The notes under the pieces were generated by a model. It saw only the letters and a program-made list of their open reading frames with translations. It was not told the DNA's origin and made no database searches. DNA of 64,000 bases from Nitrospiraceae bacterium. Lineage in GTDB: Bacteria > Nitrospirota > Nitrospiria > Nitrospirales > Nitrospiraceae. Below are positions 1 through 10,230 of this stretch, in pieces; the stretch's first letter is position 1; each line of letters opens with the position of its first letter. Made by a program: the position numbers and the translations under genes. The stretch spans positions 155,002-219,001 of the forward strand of contig JBFWWG010000006.1 in assembly GCA_050246315.1 (NCBI GenBank), given 5' to 3'.

Positions 1-552
1 AGACCGTCCCGATGCTGCGAGTTCACGATAACGCCGTTGAGCGCGGACTTCAGGGGTAGCCTCCAGAAAAAACTTCACGTCCGCGGCAGGGAACACCCGG
101 GTGCCCAGATCACGCCCGTCGGCCACCACGGCTCCCTGCTTCGCGATCTGTCGTTGCACCGGGAGCAGCCAGTCGCGAACCGTCGAAAGGGAGGAGATCA
201 CGGACGCCATCGCGCTCGTGTCGGGAGCACGGAGGTCCTCGCTGACCTCGCATCCATCGACCGACACCCGCATCCCTTCGCCATCCGGATGGCGGATGTC
301 CAGCCGCGTCGTCGCCAACAGTCGCTCCACACCCGCCGCATCGTCGGGTGCGACGCCGGCTTGCTTTACCTTCCAGGCCACTGCCCGGTACAGAGCGCCG
401 GTATCGAGATAGAGATAGCCCAGCCGGGAAGCCAGTAGCTTCGCGACCGTACTCTTCCCCGCTCCGGCTGGTCCGTCGATGGTGATCACGAATGCGGACC
501 GCTGAGTGCGGCCGTGGGTATCGGCGGCTCGTGGCGCTTGTATTATAGACAT
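1..552 (-). CDS. cmk: Cytidylate kinase (runs off the window edge)
   Basis: Manual translation from ATG at 552 gives ...VITIDGPAGAGKSTVAKLLASRLGYLYLDTGALYR...VADGRDLGTRVFP; start overlaps the aroA stop. Confidence 0.95.
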   Translation of the reverse strand, partial: MSIIQAPRAADTHGRTQRSAFVITIDGPAGAGKSTVAKLLASRLGYLYLDTGALYRAVAWKVKQAGVAPDDAAGVERLLATTRLDIRHPDGEGMRVSVDGCEVSEDLRAPDTSAMASVISSLSTVRDWLLPVQRQIAKQGAVVADGRDLGTRVFPAADVKFFLEATPEVRAQRRYRELAASGRS

Positions 553-1862
553 CAGCTCAAAGGTGTCAACAAATCCAATAACTTAGATTCGAATCCCGGG
601 AAAGATGTCTCAATGCATCCCGAGTCGGCGATCGTCGTGGCTCCCTCGGCGACAAGACCGGCCACCGCCATCGACATGGCAATGCGGTGATCGCCATGAC
701 TCTCGCAGCAGCCTCCGGTCAATCGGGCTTTCTCCCCGCCTCCATGAATGACCATCCCATCCGGCCGCTCGGTCATCGAGACGCCCATCTTCCGCAATTC
801 CGCGGCCATGGTGGCGATCCGATCGCTTTCCTTGACTCGCAATTCTTCGGCGCCAGAGACGATGGTGTCTCCCTCGGCAACCGACGCGGCCACGCAGAGA
901 ATGGGAAACTCGTCGATCATATTCGGAATCTCCTCCGCCGTGACCGTGACACCTTTGAGCGCCGCGGACCGAACCACCAGGTCGGCGACCGGCTCCCCGG
1001 CCTCCTCCGCAATATTCATGACCTGAATATCCGCGCCCATACGGGTCAATATCGTCAACAACCCGACCCTGGTCGGATTGACGCCCACCCGGCGAATCGT
1101 CACATGTGAACCGGTCACGATCGTCGCAGCCACCAGAAAAAACGCGGCGGCGGAGAAATCACCCGGCACACGCAGATCCTTGGCCGGCCAGCCCGCGGCG
1201 GGGCGTCCTTCCACAGATACGGTCGCGCCATGCTGCGAACAGGCAATGCCGAAATAGCGGAAGATCCGCTCAGTATGGTCGCGCGAGACCCGCGGCTCGG
1301 TCACGCTCGTGGCCCCCTCCGCAAAGAGACCGGCCAATAGCAGGGCCGACTTCACCTGCGCGCTGGCAACAGGAGAGGTGTAGGCAATGCCTCGTAGCTT
1401 GCCTCCCGTGATGGCCAGAGGCGCCAGTTCACCGCCGCGCCGACCGGCGATGGAGGCGCCCATCTCCCGCAGAGGGCGGACGACGCGACCCATGGGCCGA
1501 CGCCGGATGGAGGTGTCGCCCGTCAAGACCGTGAAAAAATCCTGGCCTGCGAGGAGGCCCGCCAGGAGCCTGATGCCGGTCCCTGAGTTACCACAATCGA
1601 TCGGGCCGTTCGGTTCGCTAAGTCCCCAGAGTCCCTTTCCCTGCACGTCGAGCCGCTCGGGCGACTCCTGGATCTCGACCCCCATGGCCCGACAAGCCCG
1701 CATCGTGTTCAGACAGTCCTCACCACGACAATAGCCGGTGATGGAACTGCCCCCCTGAGCCAAGGAGGCCAACATGATGGCACGATGGGTCACGGACTTA
1801 TCCCCCGGCATGTCTATGACACCGCGGAGCGATCGAGCCGGCTTGATGGTCAATGATGACAT
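552..1862 (-). CDS. aroA: 3-phosphoshikimate 1-carboxyvinyltransferase (EPSP synthase)
   Basis: Motifs PGDKSVTHRA, DCGNSGTG, SAQVKS, RVKESDRI, DHRIAM; start trimmed to MSSLTIKP. Confidence 0.97.
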   Translation of the reverse strand: MSSLTIKPARSLRGVIDMPGDKSVTHRAIMLASLAQGGSSITGYCRGEDCLNTMRACRAMGVEIQESPERLDVQGKGLWGLSEPNGPIDCGNSGTGIRLLAGLLAGQDFFTVLTGDTSIRRRPMGRVVRPLREMGASIAGRRGGELAPLAITGGKLRGIAYTSPVASAQVKSALLLAGLFAEGATSVTEPRVSRDHTERIFRYFGIACSQHGATVSVEGRPAAGWPAKDLRVPGDFSAAAFFLVAATIVTGSHVTIRRVGVNPTRVGLLTILTRMGADIQVMNIAEEAGEPVADLVVRSAALKGVTVTAEEIPNMIDEFPILCVAASVAEGDTIVSGAEELRVKESDRIATMAAELRKMGVSMTERPDGMVIHGGGEKARLTGGCCESHGDHRIAMSMAVAGLVAEGATTIADSGCIETSFPGFESKLLDLLTPLS

Positions 1863-1881
1863 GGTGTACAGCGGAGAGTCC

Positions 1882-2766
1882 TTACGCCGGCTGTCCGTTG
1901 AGCTGCTCTCGGACGGTCCTGGCCGCTTCCATTTTCTTTTCCAGACCGGGTCCGTCACCGGATTTGATCAGCTCCTTCAATTGCCGGAGGTGCTGTTCAT
2001 AGACCTCGATCAATTGAACCAAATTGTCCGGATTCCAGAGGCAGATATCGCGCCACATTTCAGGAGAGCTGGCCGCGATGCGTGTCGTGTCGCGCAGCCC
2101 ACCACCCGAGTGCAGGCGGAGATCCAAATCCGGCGCCATGCGATCCCGCACCTCCGCGAGCGCATTCACCAGGGCAAACGCGGCCATGTGCGGCAGATGG
2201 CTGACCGCGCCCAAAATCTTGTCGTGGAGAAAGGGGTCCATCGAGAGCACGGTCGAACCTGTTCGTTCCCACAACTCCGTGATCGCCTGCAACGCCTCCG
2301 GATCGGTGCGCGGCGTCGGGGTGACAATGCACCGGGCTCTCTTGAAAAGCGTCACCGAAGCCGCTGCCACGCCGGTTTTTTCCTTGCCGGCGATGGGATG
2401 TGCGCCCACAAAGCGGACTTGCGCAGGGAGGTGATTTTCGGCCTGAATCACGAGGTTTCCTTTGACACTCCCCACGTCACTGACGATCGCGTGAGGCCGT
2501 AGGACCGCCCCCCAGTCCTTGAGGTGCGGCTCATACGTAGAAACCGGGGTTGCAAGAATGACGAGGTCCGCGTCCCGCACCCCTTCACAAGGATCGGAGA
2601 CATACCGGTCGATCGCGCCGACCTCCATCGCCGTCTTGAGATTCTCGATCCTCCTCCCGACCCCCACGACGGTCTCGGCCAGCCCTTCTCGCCGCACGAT
2701 CATTCCCAGGGAGCCTCCGATCAGGCCGACCCCGATGATCGTCATCTGTTTGAAATGTACTGTCAT
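1882..2766 (-). CDS. tyrA: Prephenate/arogenate dehydrogenase
   Basis: GVGLIGGS Rossmann motif, DVGSVK, GAHPIAGKE, SHLPH, RDTTRIAASSPEMW. Confidence 0.95.
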   Translation of the reverse strand: MTVHFKQMTIIGVGLIGGSLGMIVRREGLAETVVGVGRRIENLKTAMEVGAIDRYVSDPCEGVRDADLVILATPVSTYEPHLKDWGAVLRPHAIVSDVGSVKGNLVIQAENHLPAQVRFVGAHPIAGKEKTGVAAASVTLFKRARCIVTPTPRTDPEALQAITELWERTGSTVLSMDPFLHDKILGAVSHLPHMAAFALVNALAEVRDRMAPDLDLRLHSGGGLRDTTRIAASSPEMWRDICLWNPDNLVQLIEVYEQHLRQLKELIKSGDGPGLEKKMEAARTVREQLNGQPA

Positions 2767-2854
2767 CTCTCCTATTCAGCTCGGCCGATCGGCCACATCG
2801 TCAAGCCCCAGCCCGTCCGAATCGCCATTGCCGCGGTTTCACCGAACGGACCGG

Positions 2855-3868
2855 CTATAGCTCGCGCCCGACCGCCTGTCCGATCTTTTTGATCTCGACC
2901 ATCAACTCTTTGAACTTGGCCGGCTTGATCGATTCCTCGCCGTCGCACAGTGCGCACTCAGGATTCGAATGCACCTCGATAAGCAGCCCATCCGCTCCCG
3001 CCGCGATCGCGGCTCGTGACATGGGGGCGACCAGGTTCCACTTGCCGGTGGCATGACTCGGGTCCACGATGACCGGGAGGTGCGACAGTTCTTTGAGTGT
3101 CGGAACGGCCGAAAGGTCGAGCGTATTGCGATATTGCGTTTCGAACGTCCGGATGCCTCGTTCGCACAACATCACGTTGCGATTCCCGCGCGACATCACG
3201 TATTCCGCCGACAGCAGGAACTCCTTGAGCGTCGCCGAAAGCCCGCGCTTGAGCAGCACCGGTTTGTCGTAGGAGCCGACCTCCTTCAGCAGCTCGAAGT
3301 TCTGCATGTTGCGCGCGCCCACTTGAATGATATCCGCCTTTTCCAGAAATAGATCGATGTCGCGCGTGTCCAGGATTTCGCTCACGACCGGCAGCCCTGT
3401 CTGCTTCTTGGCCTCCAACAGATAGTCGAGCCCTTCCCGGCCCACTCCCTGGAACGAATACGGAGAGGTCCGCGGTTTGTAGGCCCCGCCCCGCAGGATG
3501 CCCGCCCCACCGGCCTTGACCTCGTGGGCGATGCCGACGGTCAATTCCAATCGCTCCACCGCGCAGGGACCGGCCATGATGGTCAGTTTTTGATCGCCGA
3601 TCTTAACCCCGCCGACATCGATCACCGTCCCCTCTTTCCTGAACTCACGACTGACGAGTTTCCAAGGAGCCAGAATCGGCGTGACGCTTTCCACGCCCGG
3701 GAAGGCCGTGAGCGGTTGATTGTGCAGGATCCGATCATCCCCGATCACCCCGATGATCGTCCGTTCCTGTCCAGTGGAAATGTGCGATTTCAACCCCAGT
3801 TCCCGCAGTCGTTCCAGCAGATGATCGATCTGCTTTTCCGTCGCGTCCGGTTTCAAGACAATGATCAT
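2855..3868 (-). CDS. aroF: DAHP synthase, type I-beta with N-terminal ACT-like domain
   Basis: [37 protein letters not shown]; start trimmed to MIIVLKP. Confidence 0.95.
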   Translation of the reverse strand: MIIVLKPDATEKQIDHLLERLRELGLKSHISTGQERTIIGVIGDDRILHNQPLTAFPGVESVTPILAPWKLVSREFRKEGTVIDVGGVKIGDQKLTIMAGPCAVERLELTVGIAHEVKAGGAGILRGGAYKPRTSPYSFQGVGREGLDYLLEAKKQTGLPVVSEILDTRDIDLFLEKADIIQVGARNMQNFELLKEVGSYDKPVLLKRGLSATLKEFLLSAEYVMSRGNRNVMLCERGIRTFETQYRNTLDLSAVPTLKELSHLPVIVDPSHATGKWNLVAPMSRAAIAAGADGLLIEVHSNPECALCDGEESIKPAKFKELMVEIKKIGQAVGREL

Positions 3869-3899
3869 GGTGTCGCCTCGACGATCGATACGGAATCGG

Positions 3900-4979
3900 T
3901 TAACGCCCCAGGACTTTCCGGAGCGCGGCAAGAAACAGTTGGTTTTCCTCCGGGAGACCGATTGTCACGCGCAGCATCGCCCCTTCAATGTGCCGGACGA
4001 TGACGCCTTCGCGCAGCAGGGATTGGAACAGGACTCGTCCGTCCCGTCCCGAATCGAAATACAGAAAATTCGCCTGGCTCGGAAGGGGCGCAAAACCCAA
4101 GGCCTCGAGGCCCTGTCGCACCACGTCCATTTGTTCCCGATTGAGACTCCGGCTTCGCGCCACATGCCGCTCGTCGCCCAGAGCCGCGATGGCAGCTTCC
4201 TGCGCGACGCTGTTGGCGTTGAAGGGAGGGCGGAGCCGGTTGAGGTAATTCGTGATCTCCGGGGTAGTCAGACCGTAGCCGATGCGCAACCCCGCCAGGC
4301 CATAAATTTTCGAGAAGGTCCGCAACACAATTGCATGGCGACCCTGTTTCAGATAGGAAAGTGAATCGGCATAGTCCGCCGCCTCGGCATATTCGTAATA
4401 GGCTTCGTCAAACACGACGACGACCTGCTCGGGCACACGCGGCATGAGGGTCCGAACCTCAGCCTCGGTCACCATGGTTCCCGTGGGATTATTGGGATTG
4501 CAGATAAACAGGAGCCTGGTGCGCGGGGTGATGGCGTCAGCCATGGCGGGAAGATCATGGCGTCCGTTCTTCATCGGCACCGCGACCGGCTTTCCATGCG
4601 CGGCGGTGACTTCCATTTTGTAGATCACGAAGGTATTGCTGGCCATGACGGCTTCATCCCCAGGAGCAAGGAACGTTCGGGCCAGCAACCCAAGGATTTC
4701 ATCCGATCCATTCCCCAAGATCACCTGGTCGGGAGCGACCTTCCATCGTTCCGCCAGCGCGGAGCGCAGCCGAAATGCCCCACCGTCGGGGTAGCGATGC
4801 AGCGATTCAGTCACCGGGCCGATCGCGGCCACCGCTTTCGGGGAGGGCCCCAATGGGTTCTCGTTCGACGCTAACTTGATGATCCGCGACAGCCCCAGTT
4901 CCCGCTGCAACTCCTCGATCGGTTTGCCCGGGACATAGGGAACGAGCGAATCAATATCGGGATGAACGGTCAGTGCCAT
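3900..4979 (-). CDS. hisC: Histidinol-phosphate/aromatic aminotransferase
   Basis: YVPGKP, KLASNENP, NPNNPTG, RTFSKIYGLAGLRIG (PLP lysine). Confidence 0.93.
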   Translation of the reverse strand: MALTVHPDIDSLVPYVPGKPIEELQRELGLSRIIKLASNENPLGPSPKAVAAIGPVTESLHRYPDGGAFRLRSALAERWKVAPDQVILGNGSDEILGLLARTFLAPGDEAVMASNTFVIYKMEVTAAHGKPVAVPMKNGRHDLPAMADAITPRTRLLFICNPNNPTGTMVTEAEVRTLMPRVPEQVVVVFDEAYYEYAEAADYADSLSYLKQGRHAIVLRTFSKIYGLAGLRIGYGLTTPEITNYLNRLRPPFNANSVAQEAAIAALGDERHVARSRSLNREQMDVVRQGLEALGFAPLPSQANFLYFDSGRDGRVLFQSLLREGVIVRHIEGAMLRVTIGLPEENQLFLAALRKVLGR

Positions 4980-4981
4980 GA

Positions 4982-6058
4982 TTACGCGTGTGCCGGATAC
5001 GACCCGAGTATCTTCATGAAGAGGCACCGAGATTTCACTTCCTCGAGCGCCTTCTTCATGCGCTCTTCCTCGAGGTGCCCTTCCACATCGACGAAAAAGA
5101 TGTATTCCCAAGCCTTTCGCCGCGAGGGGCGGGATTCGATTTTGGTCATGTTCATGCCAGACGAAGCAAAGGGCCGCAGCAGGTCATAGAGGGCGCCCGC
5201 GCGGTCTTTGACCGAAATCATCACGGAGGTCTTGTCCTTTCCGGTCCGCTGGGGAGCGGTCTTAGCCAGGATCAGAAACCGGGTAAAGTTATGGATGTTG
5301 TCCTCGATCCTCGATTGCACCACCTTGAGGCCGTACAATTGCGCCGCCAGTTCCGAGGCAATGGCTCCGGCGGAGGCGTCTTCGGACGCCATTTCGGCGG
5401 CGCGTGCGGTGCTGGCAACCTCGGACAACGGAACGTTCGGGACATGAGTTTCCAGCCAATTCCGGCATTGGGCCAAGGCATGGGGGTGTGAATAAATCTT
5501 CGTGATCTCCTCCTTCACCCCTGGTTTGGACAAGAGGTGATGTGACACCTCCAGCAGAACCTCCCCATAGATCAGCAGGGGGGAATCGATGAACATATCA
5601 AGGGTGTGGCTGACCACTCCTTCTGTCGAATTCTCGATCGGTACCACACCGAAGTTCGCCCGGCCCCGTTCAACCTCCGTGAAGACATCTTTAATGCTCG
5701 TGACCGGGACATATTGCGCCGACTCGCCGAACTTCTGCCGAGAGGCCAGATGCGTGAATGTGGCGCGTGGCCCCAAATAGACAACTTTTTGCGGTCCCTC
5801 CAGCGACAGAGAGGCAGACATGATCTCTCGATAGACCGACCGGATGGCGTCGCTTGGAAAGGGTCCGGCATTCGCGCTGGTGAGTCGGTGGATGATCTCC
5901 GCTTCACGCGCGGGGGTATGCAGGTTGGCTCCCGCGTCGTTCTGCCGCTTCAGGTTGCCGATTTCAATCACATAGGTCGACCGCTCGTTTAACAAGCGAA
6001 GAATTTCGTCGTCCAGTTGGTCGATGCGTCGCCGTAGCTCGTGCAGATCCGTGTTCAT
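4982..6058 (-). CDS. pheA: Chorismate mutase/prephenate dehydratase (P-protein)
   Basis: N-terminal chorismate mutase (LRRRIDQLDDEILRLLNER), PIENSTEG, NFTRF, ACT-domain ESRP. Confidence 0.96.
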   Translation of the reverse strand: MNTDLHELRRRIDQLDDEILRLLNERSTYVIEIGNLKRQNDAGANLHTPAREAEIIHRLTSANAGPFPSDAIRSVYREIMSASLSLEGPQKVVYLGPRATFTHLASRQKFGESAQYVPVTSIKDVFTEVERGRANFGVVPIENSTEGVVSHTLDMFIDSPLLIYGEVLLEVSHHLLSKPGVKEEITKIYSHPHALAQCRNWLETHVPNVPLSEVASTARAAEMASEDASAGAIASELAAQLYGLKVVQSRIEDNIHNFTRFLILAKTAPQRTGKDKTSVMISVKDRAGALYDLLRPFASSGMNMTKIESRPSRRKAWEYIFFVDVEGHLEEERMKKALEEVKSRCLFMKILGSYPAHA

Positions 6059-6105
6059 CGCCGGGGGGGTCCGCTCCGTCACAATACAATCCCTCACAAT
6101 CCCGC

Positions 6106-6207
6106 TGGTGTCGGAGGGGAGCCTCTCAGCCCGAATCCATCCCGCAGCGCGGGCTCGGCTTCCCTGGAATGGATGGCCTGAGAGGTAGAGGGCTCCCTTC
6201 AGAACCA
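6106..6207 (-). promoter_or_regulatory. Long imperfect hairpin in the pheA operon leader (candidate structured RNA)
   Basis: Nested complementary arms GGGAG/CTCCC, CCTCTCAG/CTGAGAGG and ATCCATTCC/GGGATGGAT on the minus strand. Confidence 0.5.
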
Positions 6208-6215
6208 AAGAAGGA

Positions 6216-6245
6216 ATGTTACTAAAAACCCCTGAAGTCTTGCAA
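6216..6245 (-). promoter_or_regulatory. Putative sigma70 promoter of the pheA operon
   Basis: TTGCAA-18 nt-TAACAT on the minus strand. Confidence 0.5.
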
Positions 6246-6335
6246 GGATAGGAAACTCGGTCGAATCGAGCGTCCTCCGCTGATTATTCCAGCGCCCGCG
6301 GCAGGAAGCGTGCGAGGGGTCGCGAGAAATCGAAG

Positions 6336-7340
6336 CTATGCAAACAGGTCCCTCTTCCTTCCGAAATGCTCATAGGCCACCCTGGTCGCGCAACGACCGC
6401 GAGCGGTCCGCTCCAGATACCCGGCTTGAATCAGATAGGGCTCGTAGACTTCTTCGAGCGTGGCTCGGTCTTCATTGATGGCGGCCGCGAGGGATTCGAC
6501 TCCCACCGGCCCTCCGCCAAACCTCTCCAGAATCGTGAAGAGAATATTTCGGTCCATCTCATCGAACCCGGCCCGATCCACTCCGATCCAATCCAAGGCA
6601 TCCTGGGCCACCTGACGGGTAATGTGCCCTTGGGCCTTGATCTGAGCAAAATCCCGCACCCGCTTCATCAGCCGGTTGACGACTCTGGGCGTTCCCCTGG
6701 CGCGGCCAGCAATTTCCCTGGCGCCGGCTTCGTCGATCTCCACGCGCAGGAGGCGCCCGGTCCGCCGAACGATCGCCTCCAATTCCTCTGGAGCATAGAA
6801 TCCCAGCCGATAGACCAGTCCAAACCGCTCCCGGAGGGGGCTCGTCAGGGCACCGGCTCTGGTCGTCGCCCCCACCAACGTGAAGGGTGGCAATTCGAGC
6901 TTGACGGTCTTCGCCTGCGGTCCCTGCCCGACGACCAGGTCCAACTGGTAGTCCTCCATCGCCGGATACAACGCCTCCTCTACCGAGGCAGGCAGGCGAT
7001 GGATCTCGTCGATGAACAGGACATCGCCCTGCTGTAGGTTGGTCAGGATGGCCGCGACATCCCCGGCATGAGCCAAGACCAACCCCGAGGTAGAACGGAT
7101 CGCTGCCCCCATCTCTCGCGCGATGATATGTGCGATCGTGGTTTTGCCGAGTCCCGGCGGCCCATAAAAGATCGCATGGTCCAGAGCCTCGCCCCGTTGC
7201 TTGGCCGCATCGATACAGACTTGTAACGATTGCTTCATCGACACTTGGCCGATGTATTCCTGAAGCGTCTGAGGTCTGAGGGTCAGTTCCAATCCCTGTT
7301 CTTCATCCGTGGCTCCGGGCGACACGATGCGCCGATCCAT
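6336..7340 (-). CDS. ruvB: Holliday junction branch migration helicase RuvB
   Basis: [41 protein letters not shown]. Confidence 0.97.
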   Translation of the reverse strand: MDRRIVSPGATDEEQGLELTLRPQTLQEYIGQVSMKQSLQVCIDAAKQRGEALDHAIFYGPPGLGKTTIAHIIAREMGAAIRSTSGLVLAHAGDVAAILTNLQQGDVLFIDEIHRLPASVEEALYPAMEDYQLDLVVGQGPQAKTVKLELPPFTLVGATTRAGALTSPLRERFGLVYRLGFYAPEELEAIVRRTGRLLRVEIDEAGAREIAGRARGTPRVVNRLMKRVRDFAQIKAQGHITRQVAQDALDWIGVDRAGFDEMDRNILFTILERFGGGPVGVESLAAAINEDRATLEEVYEPYLIQAGYLERTARGRCATRVAYEHFGRKRDLFA

Positions 7341-7345
7341 TGGTG

Positions 7346-7828
7346 CTACTTGCTCCCTGGAGCCGGTGAAGGGGGCGGCGGCAAGGTCTGCCCGGGAGGA
7401 GGCAGGCCCCCCTGTCCCGGCGTGGGTAACTGCCCGGCGCAATCAGGCGGGCAAAAGCGGCCGCCTTGCGAGGGATTCGGCGTGATGGAATCCATTTTTT
7501 GAAGTTGGCACCGGCTCATCGCGCCCGCGTCTCGCGCGCACTGCGACGGCACCATGGTTCCTCCGACCTTGACATACCCCTCAGGACATTCTCCGCACAC
7601 GGACAGGAGATTGCCTCCGAGCGGGACGCACTGAACGAGGGTGGGATCACCGTCCGGACAGGTTTTCGGATCGGCAGTGACCGCGGTGGTGGCAAACCCC
7701 TCCGGGCAGCTCCCGCAGCGCAACTGCCTGATCTTGGGTTCTCCCTTCTCTTCCGCCCAGGCGGGAAACCCGGAAAGACCAGCGGCAAGGACAACCGCAG
7801 CCAGTCCCATCATGGCCAACTGTCTCAT
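7346..7828 (-). CDS. Secreted Cys-rich hypothetical protein with an internal repeat and Pro-rich tail
   Basis: Signal peptide ending AWA; two CxxCPEG[FY] repeats; 3-5 nt gaps to ruvA and ruvB. Confidence 0.75.
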   Translation of the reverse strand: MRQLAMMGLAAVVLAAGLSGFPAWAEEKGEPKIRQLRCGSCPEGFATTAVTADPKTCPDGDPTLVQCVPLGGNLLSVCGECPEGYVKVGGTMVPSQCARDAGAMSRCQLQKMDSITPNPSQGGRFCPPDCAGQLPTPGQGGLPPPGQTLPPPPSPAPGSK

Positions 7829-7831
7829 CGT

Positions 7832-8431
7832 TCACCCCTTGGCTAAGTGCTTGAGTGTCGCCCGTATGACGTCGGTGAGATCGGCCTGTTCGAGATGGAG
7901 CCTGCTCAAGACCTGTTTGACATCGGCCGGCTTGTAGCCCAGATTGACCAGAGCGGATGTCGCATCCTCATAGACGGATGTCACAGGAAGACTCGCAGCG
8001 GGTGACGATCGCCCCCCGACCCCATACAACCGCTCGACTTTGTCCTTCAGTTCCAAGACAAGGCGGCTGGCAGATTTCTTCCCGATGCCCGGCACCGTCG
8101 CGAGTCTGTCGATGTCATTGCCCTCCACCGCCGAGGCCAAGTCCGGGATCGTGAAGGTCGAGAGCAGACTCAGCGCCAGTTTAGGCCCGATGCCGCTGAC
8201 GGTGGTCAGCAGCCCGAATGCAGCTTTCTCAGGCTCCGTCAGGAATCCGAACAACTGAATCGCGTCGTCCCGGAGGCAGGTCTGCACATGAAGAGTGGTA
8301 ACCTGCGCGACCTCCGGGAGCCCGCAGTAGGTGCTGAGGGGAATAAAGAGTTCGTAGCCGACGCCTTGCACATCGACAACGGCCTGGCTGGGGGATTTGC
8401 GGACCAGTCGGCCCGTCAATGAGGCGATCAT
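7832..8431 (-). CDS. ruvA: Holliday junction DNA-binding protein RuvA
   Basis: MIASLTG, VQGVGY, VSGIGPKLA, PGIGKKSA, ALVNLGY. Confidence 0.97.
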   Translation of the reverse strand: MIASLTGRLVRKSPSQAVVDVQGVGYELFIPLSTYCGLPEVAQVTTLHVQTCLRDDAIQLFGFLTEPEKAAFGLLTTVSGIGPKLALSLLSTFTIPDLASAVEGNDIDRLATVPGIGKKSASRLVLELKDKVERLYGVGGRSSPAASLPVTSVYEDATSALVNLGYKPADVKQVLSRLHLEQADLTDVIRATLKHLAKG

Positions 8432-8476
8432 GCCGGCTCGGCCAGCCCGATGACTCGACAGACAAGCAGCTCGAAG

Positions 8477-9229
8477 TTAACCGGCTGCCGCAGCCTTCTC
8501 CATGATTTCTTCCGAGATGTCGAAATTGGCGTGAACCTTCTGCACGTCGTCGTGATCGTCGAGAATTTCGAGCAGCTTCAGCATTTGCTCCGCTGCCTTC
8601 TCCTCAAGCTGAACAGAGTTCTGGGGCAGGAATGTGACTTCAGCCAGCGACGGTTCGAGGTGGGCATCCGCAATGGCTTTTCTCACCGGCTCGAAATCGT
8701 GCGGCGCCGTCACGACCTCAAACGTCTTGTCCGTGACTTTGACATCTTCGGCCCCCGCATCGAGGCTCAGCGACAGGAGCCGATCTTCGTCAACCTTGGC
8801 CTTATCCACGATGATGAGGCCCTTCTTGTGAAACTGCCAGGCCACGGCGCCAGCCTCGGCCAAGCTGCTGCTGTTCTTGGTGAGGAGACTGCGGATTTCC
8901 GCCACGGTACGGTTCCGGTTATCGGATTGGATCTCGATCAGAAGCGCGGTCCCGCCAGGACCGTAGCCTTCGAGCGAAAACTCCTCGATCGTCACGCCGG
9001 GTAATTCACCGGTCCCCCGCTGGATGGCCTTCTTAATCGTGTCGTTGGGCATGTTGGCTTCGCGCGCCTTGATAACAGCCAACCGTAAGCGAGGGTTGCC
9101 GTCTGGGTCCCCTCCCGCCCTGGCCGCGATCGTGATCTCGCGGATAACCTTGGTGAAGAGCTTGCCTCGTTTGGCATCGACCGACGCCTTGTGCCGCTTG
9201 GTGGTGGCCCAATGACTATGGCCGCCCAT
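8477..9229 (-). CDS. yebC: YebC/PmpR family protein
   Basis: MGGHSHWATTK, EGYGPGG, DNRNRT, DDHDDVQKVHAN. Confidence 0.95.
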   Translation of the reverse strand: MGGHSHWATTKRHKASVDAKRGKLFTKVIREITIAARAGGDPDGNPRLRLAVIKAREANMPNDTIKKAIQRGTGELPGVTIEEFSLEGYGPGGTALLIEIQSDNRNRTVAEIRSLLTKNSSSLAEAGAVAWQFHKKGLIIVDKAKVDEDRLLSLSLDAGAEDVKVTDKTFEVVTAPHDFEPVRKAIADAHLEPSLAEVTFLPQNSVQLEEKAAEQMLKLLEILDDHDDVQKVHANFDISEEIMEKAAAAG

Positions 9230-9322
9230 ATGACCCTCCTGCAATCAATCGGTGTAACTCGGTACAGCTAGCACAGTCTCAACGGGGGTGTCAACGAACC
9301 GAGGTGCAGAGGTGATTTACAG

Positions 9323-10162
9323 CTAATCCCGATACAGTAGCAACTGCACGGCAATCGTCAGCACAAGCAGCGACCAGGTGAGGTCCCACCAGGAAATGTT
9401 GTGAGTGCCGGCATGCTCCAAACCGGCTTTTGGAGGAAGTTCACGAACGGCCTTCCAGCCGGCCAGGGTCTTGGCGATCCCCCCTGCGATCGCGGCGGCT
9501 CCCATTTGGAGGTGATGAACCGCAATGTGCGCGGCGTGAGGATGGGCCCCATGGTCGTGCGAGAACAGCATGAACCCGCCAACGATAGCAAACAGCGGCA
9601 GAGGAAAGCGCCAGACGGGAGATCGCAGCACCTCTCGTCGTCTGGCCAATTCAATCGCACCGACGCTCAAGGCGAGCAGACCATACAGTTTGTGCTGCGC
9701 GATCTCATTCGTGGCCCTGACGAAGGTGTCGAGAAAACTCATGTGCCCGACCGGCCAGGCATCATGATCACTCCAGATCAGGAGCCAGATCCCGGCCGCC
9801 ATCAACGCTCCCGGCAGGAGATACGTACCCCAATCTCTGCCGCGTACACCTGCGCTGGCTCGAAGTTCACTCAAGCCGATCAACAAAACAAAGAGTGCAC
9901 TGATCTGATGGCTGAACTCGGAGTAGGCCCTGCCTTCTGCCGACCCCTCCCACTGAGGGAGCTGCGACACGGCATGGGCATGCCCGGATCGTGCGTAGTA
10001 GGCGTCGGATTTCGCTTGATGCTCCTGGTTGTGCTGGGCTGAAAGAAGGGAGGGGGAGAACCAGGGCGCAAGCGCGAGCACTAGTGCAAGCAACAGATTC
10101 CGGAACGAAAACCACCGACGTTCGATATCAGACATTCCTTCCAACTGCTCGATCGACAGCAC
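9323..10162 (-). CDS. His-rich integral membrane protein (possible metal binding or export); start may be 10135
   Basis: Several hydrophobic helices, QHKLYG motif, His-rich loops HDHGAHPHAAH. Confidence 0.7.
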   Translation of the reverse strand: MLSIEQLEGMSDIERRWFSFRNLLLALVLALAPWFSPSLLSAQHNQEHQAKSDAYYARSGHAHAVSQLPQWEGSAEGRAYSEFSHQISALFVLLIGLSELRASAGVRGRDWGTYLLPGALMAAGIWLLIWSDHDAWPVGHMSFLDTFVRATNEIAQHKLYGLLALSVGAIELARRREVLRSPVWRFPLPLFAIVGGFMLFSHDHGAHPHAAHIAVHHLQMGAAAIAGGIAKTLAGWKAVRELPPKAGLEHAGTHNISWWDLTWSLLVLTIAVQLLLYRD

Positions 10163-10166
10163 CCGA

Positions 10167-10200
10167 CAAACAAAAAGCCCATTCGGCTTGCCGAATGGGC
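10167..10200 (-). terminator. Intrinsic terminator
   Basis: GCCCATTCGG-CAAG-CCGAATGGGC followed by TTTTTGTTTG on the minus strand. Confidence 0.8.
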
Positions 10201-10230
10201 CCCGTACCGCAGCCCGCCGCGAATTCCTGC

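Noticed and set aside
6106..6207. SRP (4.5S) RNA, 6S RNA or T-box
   Set aside because: Lacks the SRP apical CAGG...GGAAG..AGCAG motif and the T-box sequence, and is too short for a typical 6S RNA; kept only as an unknown structured leader
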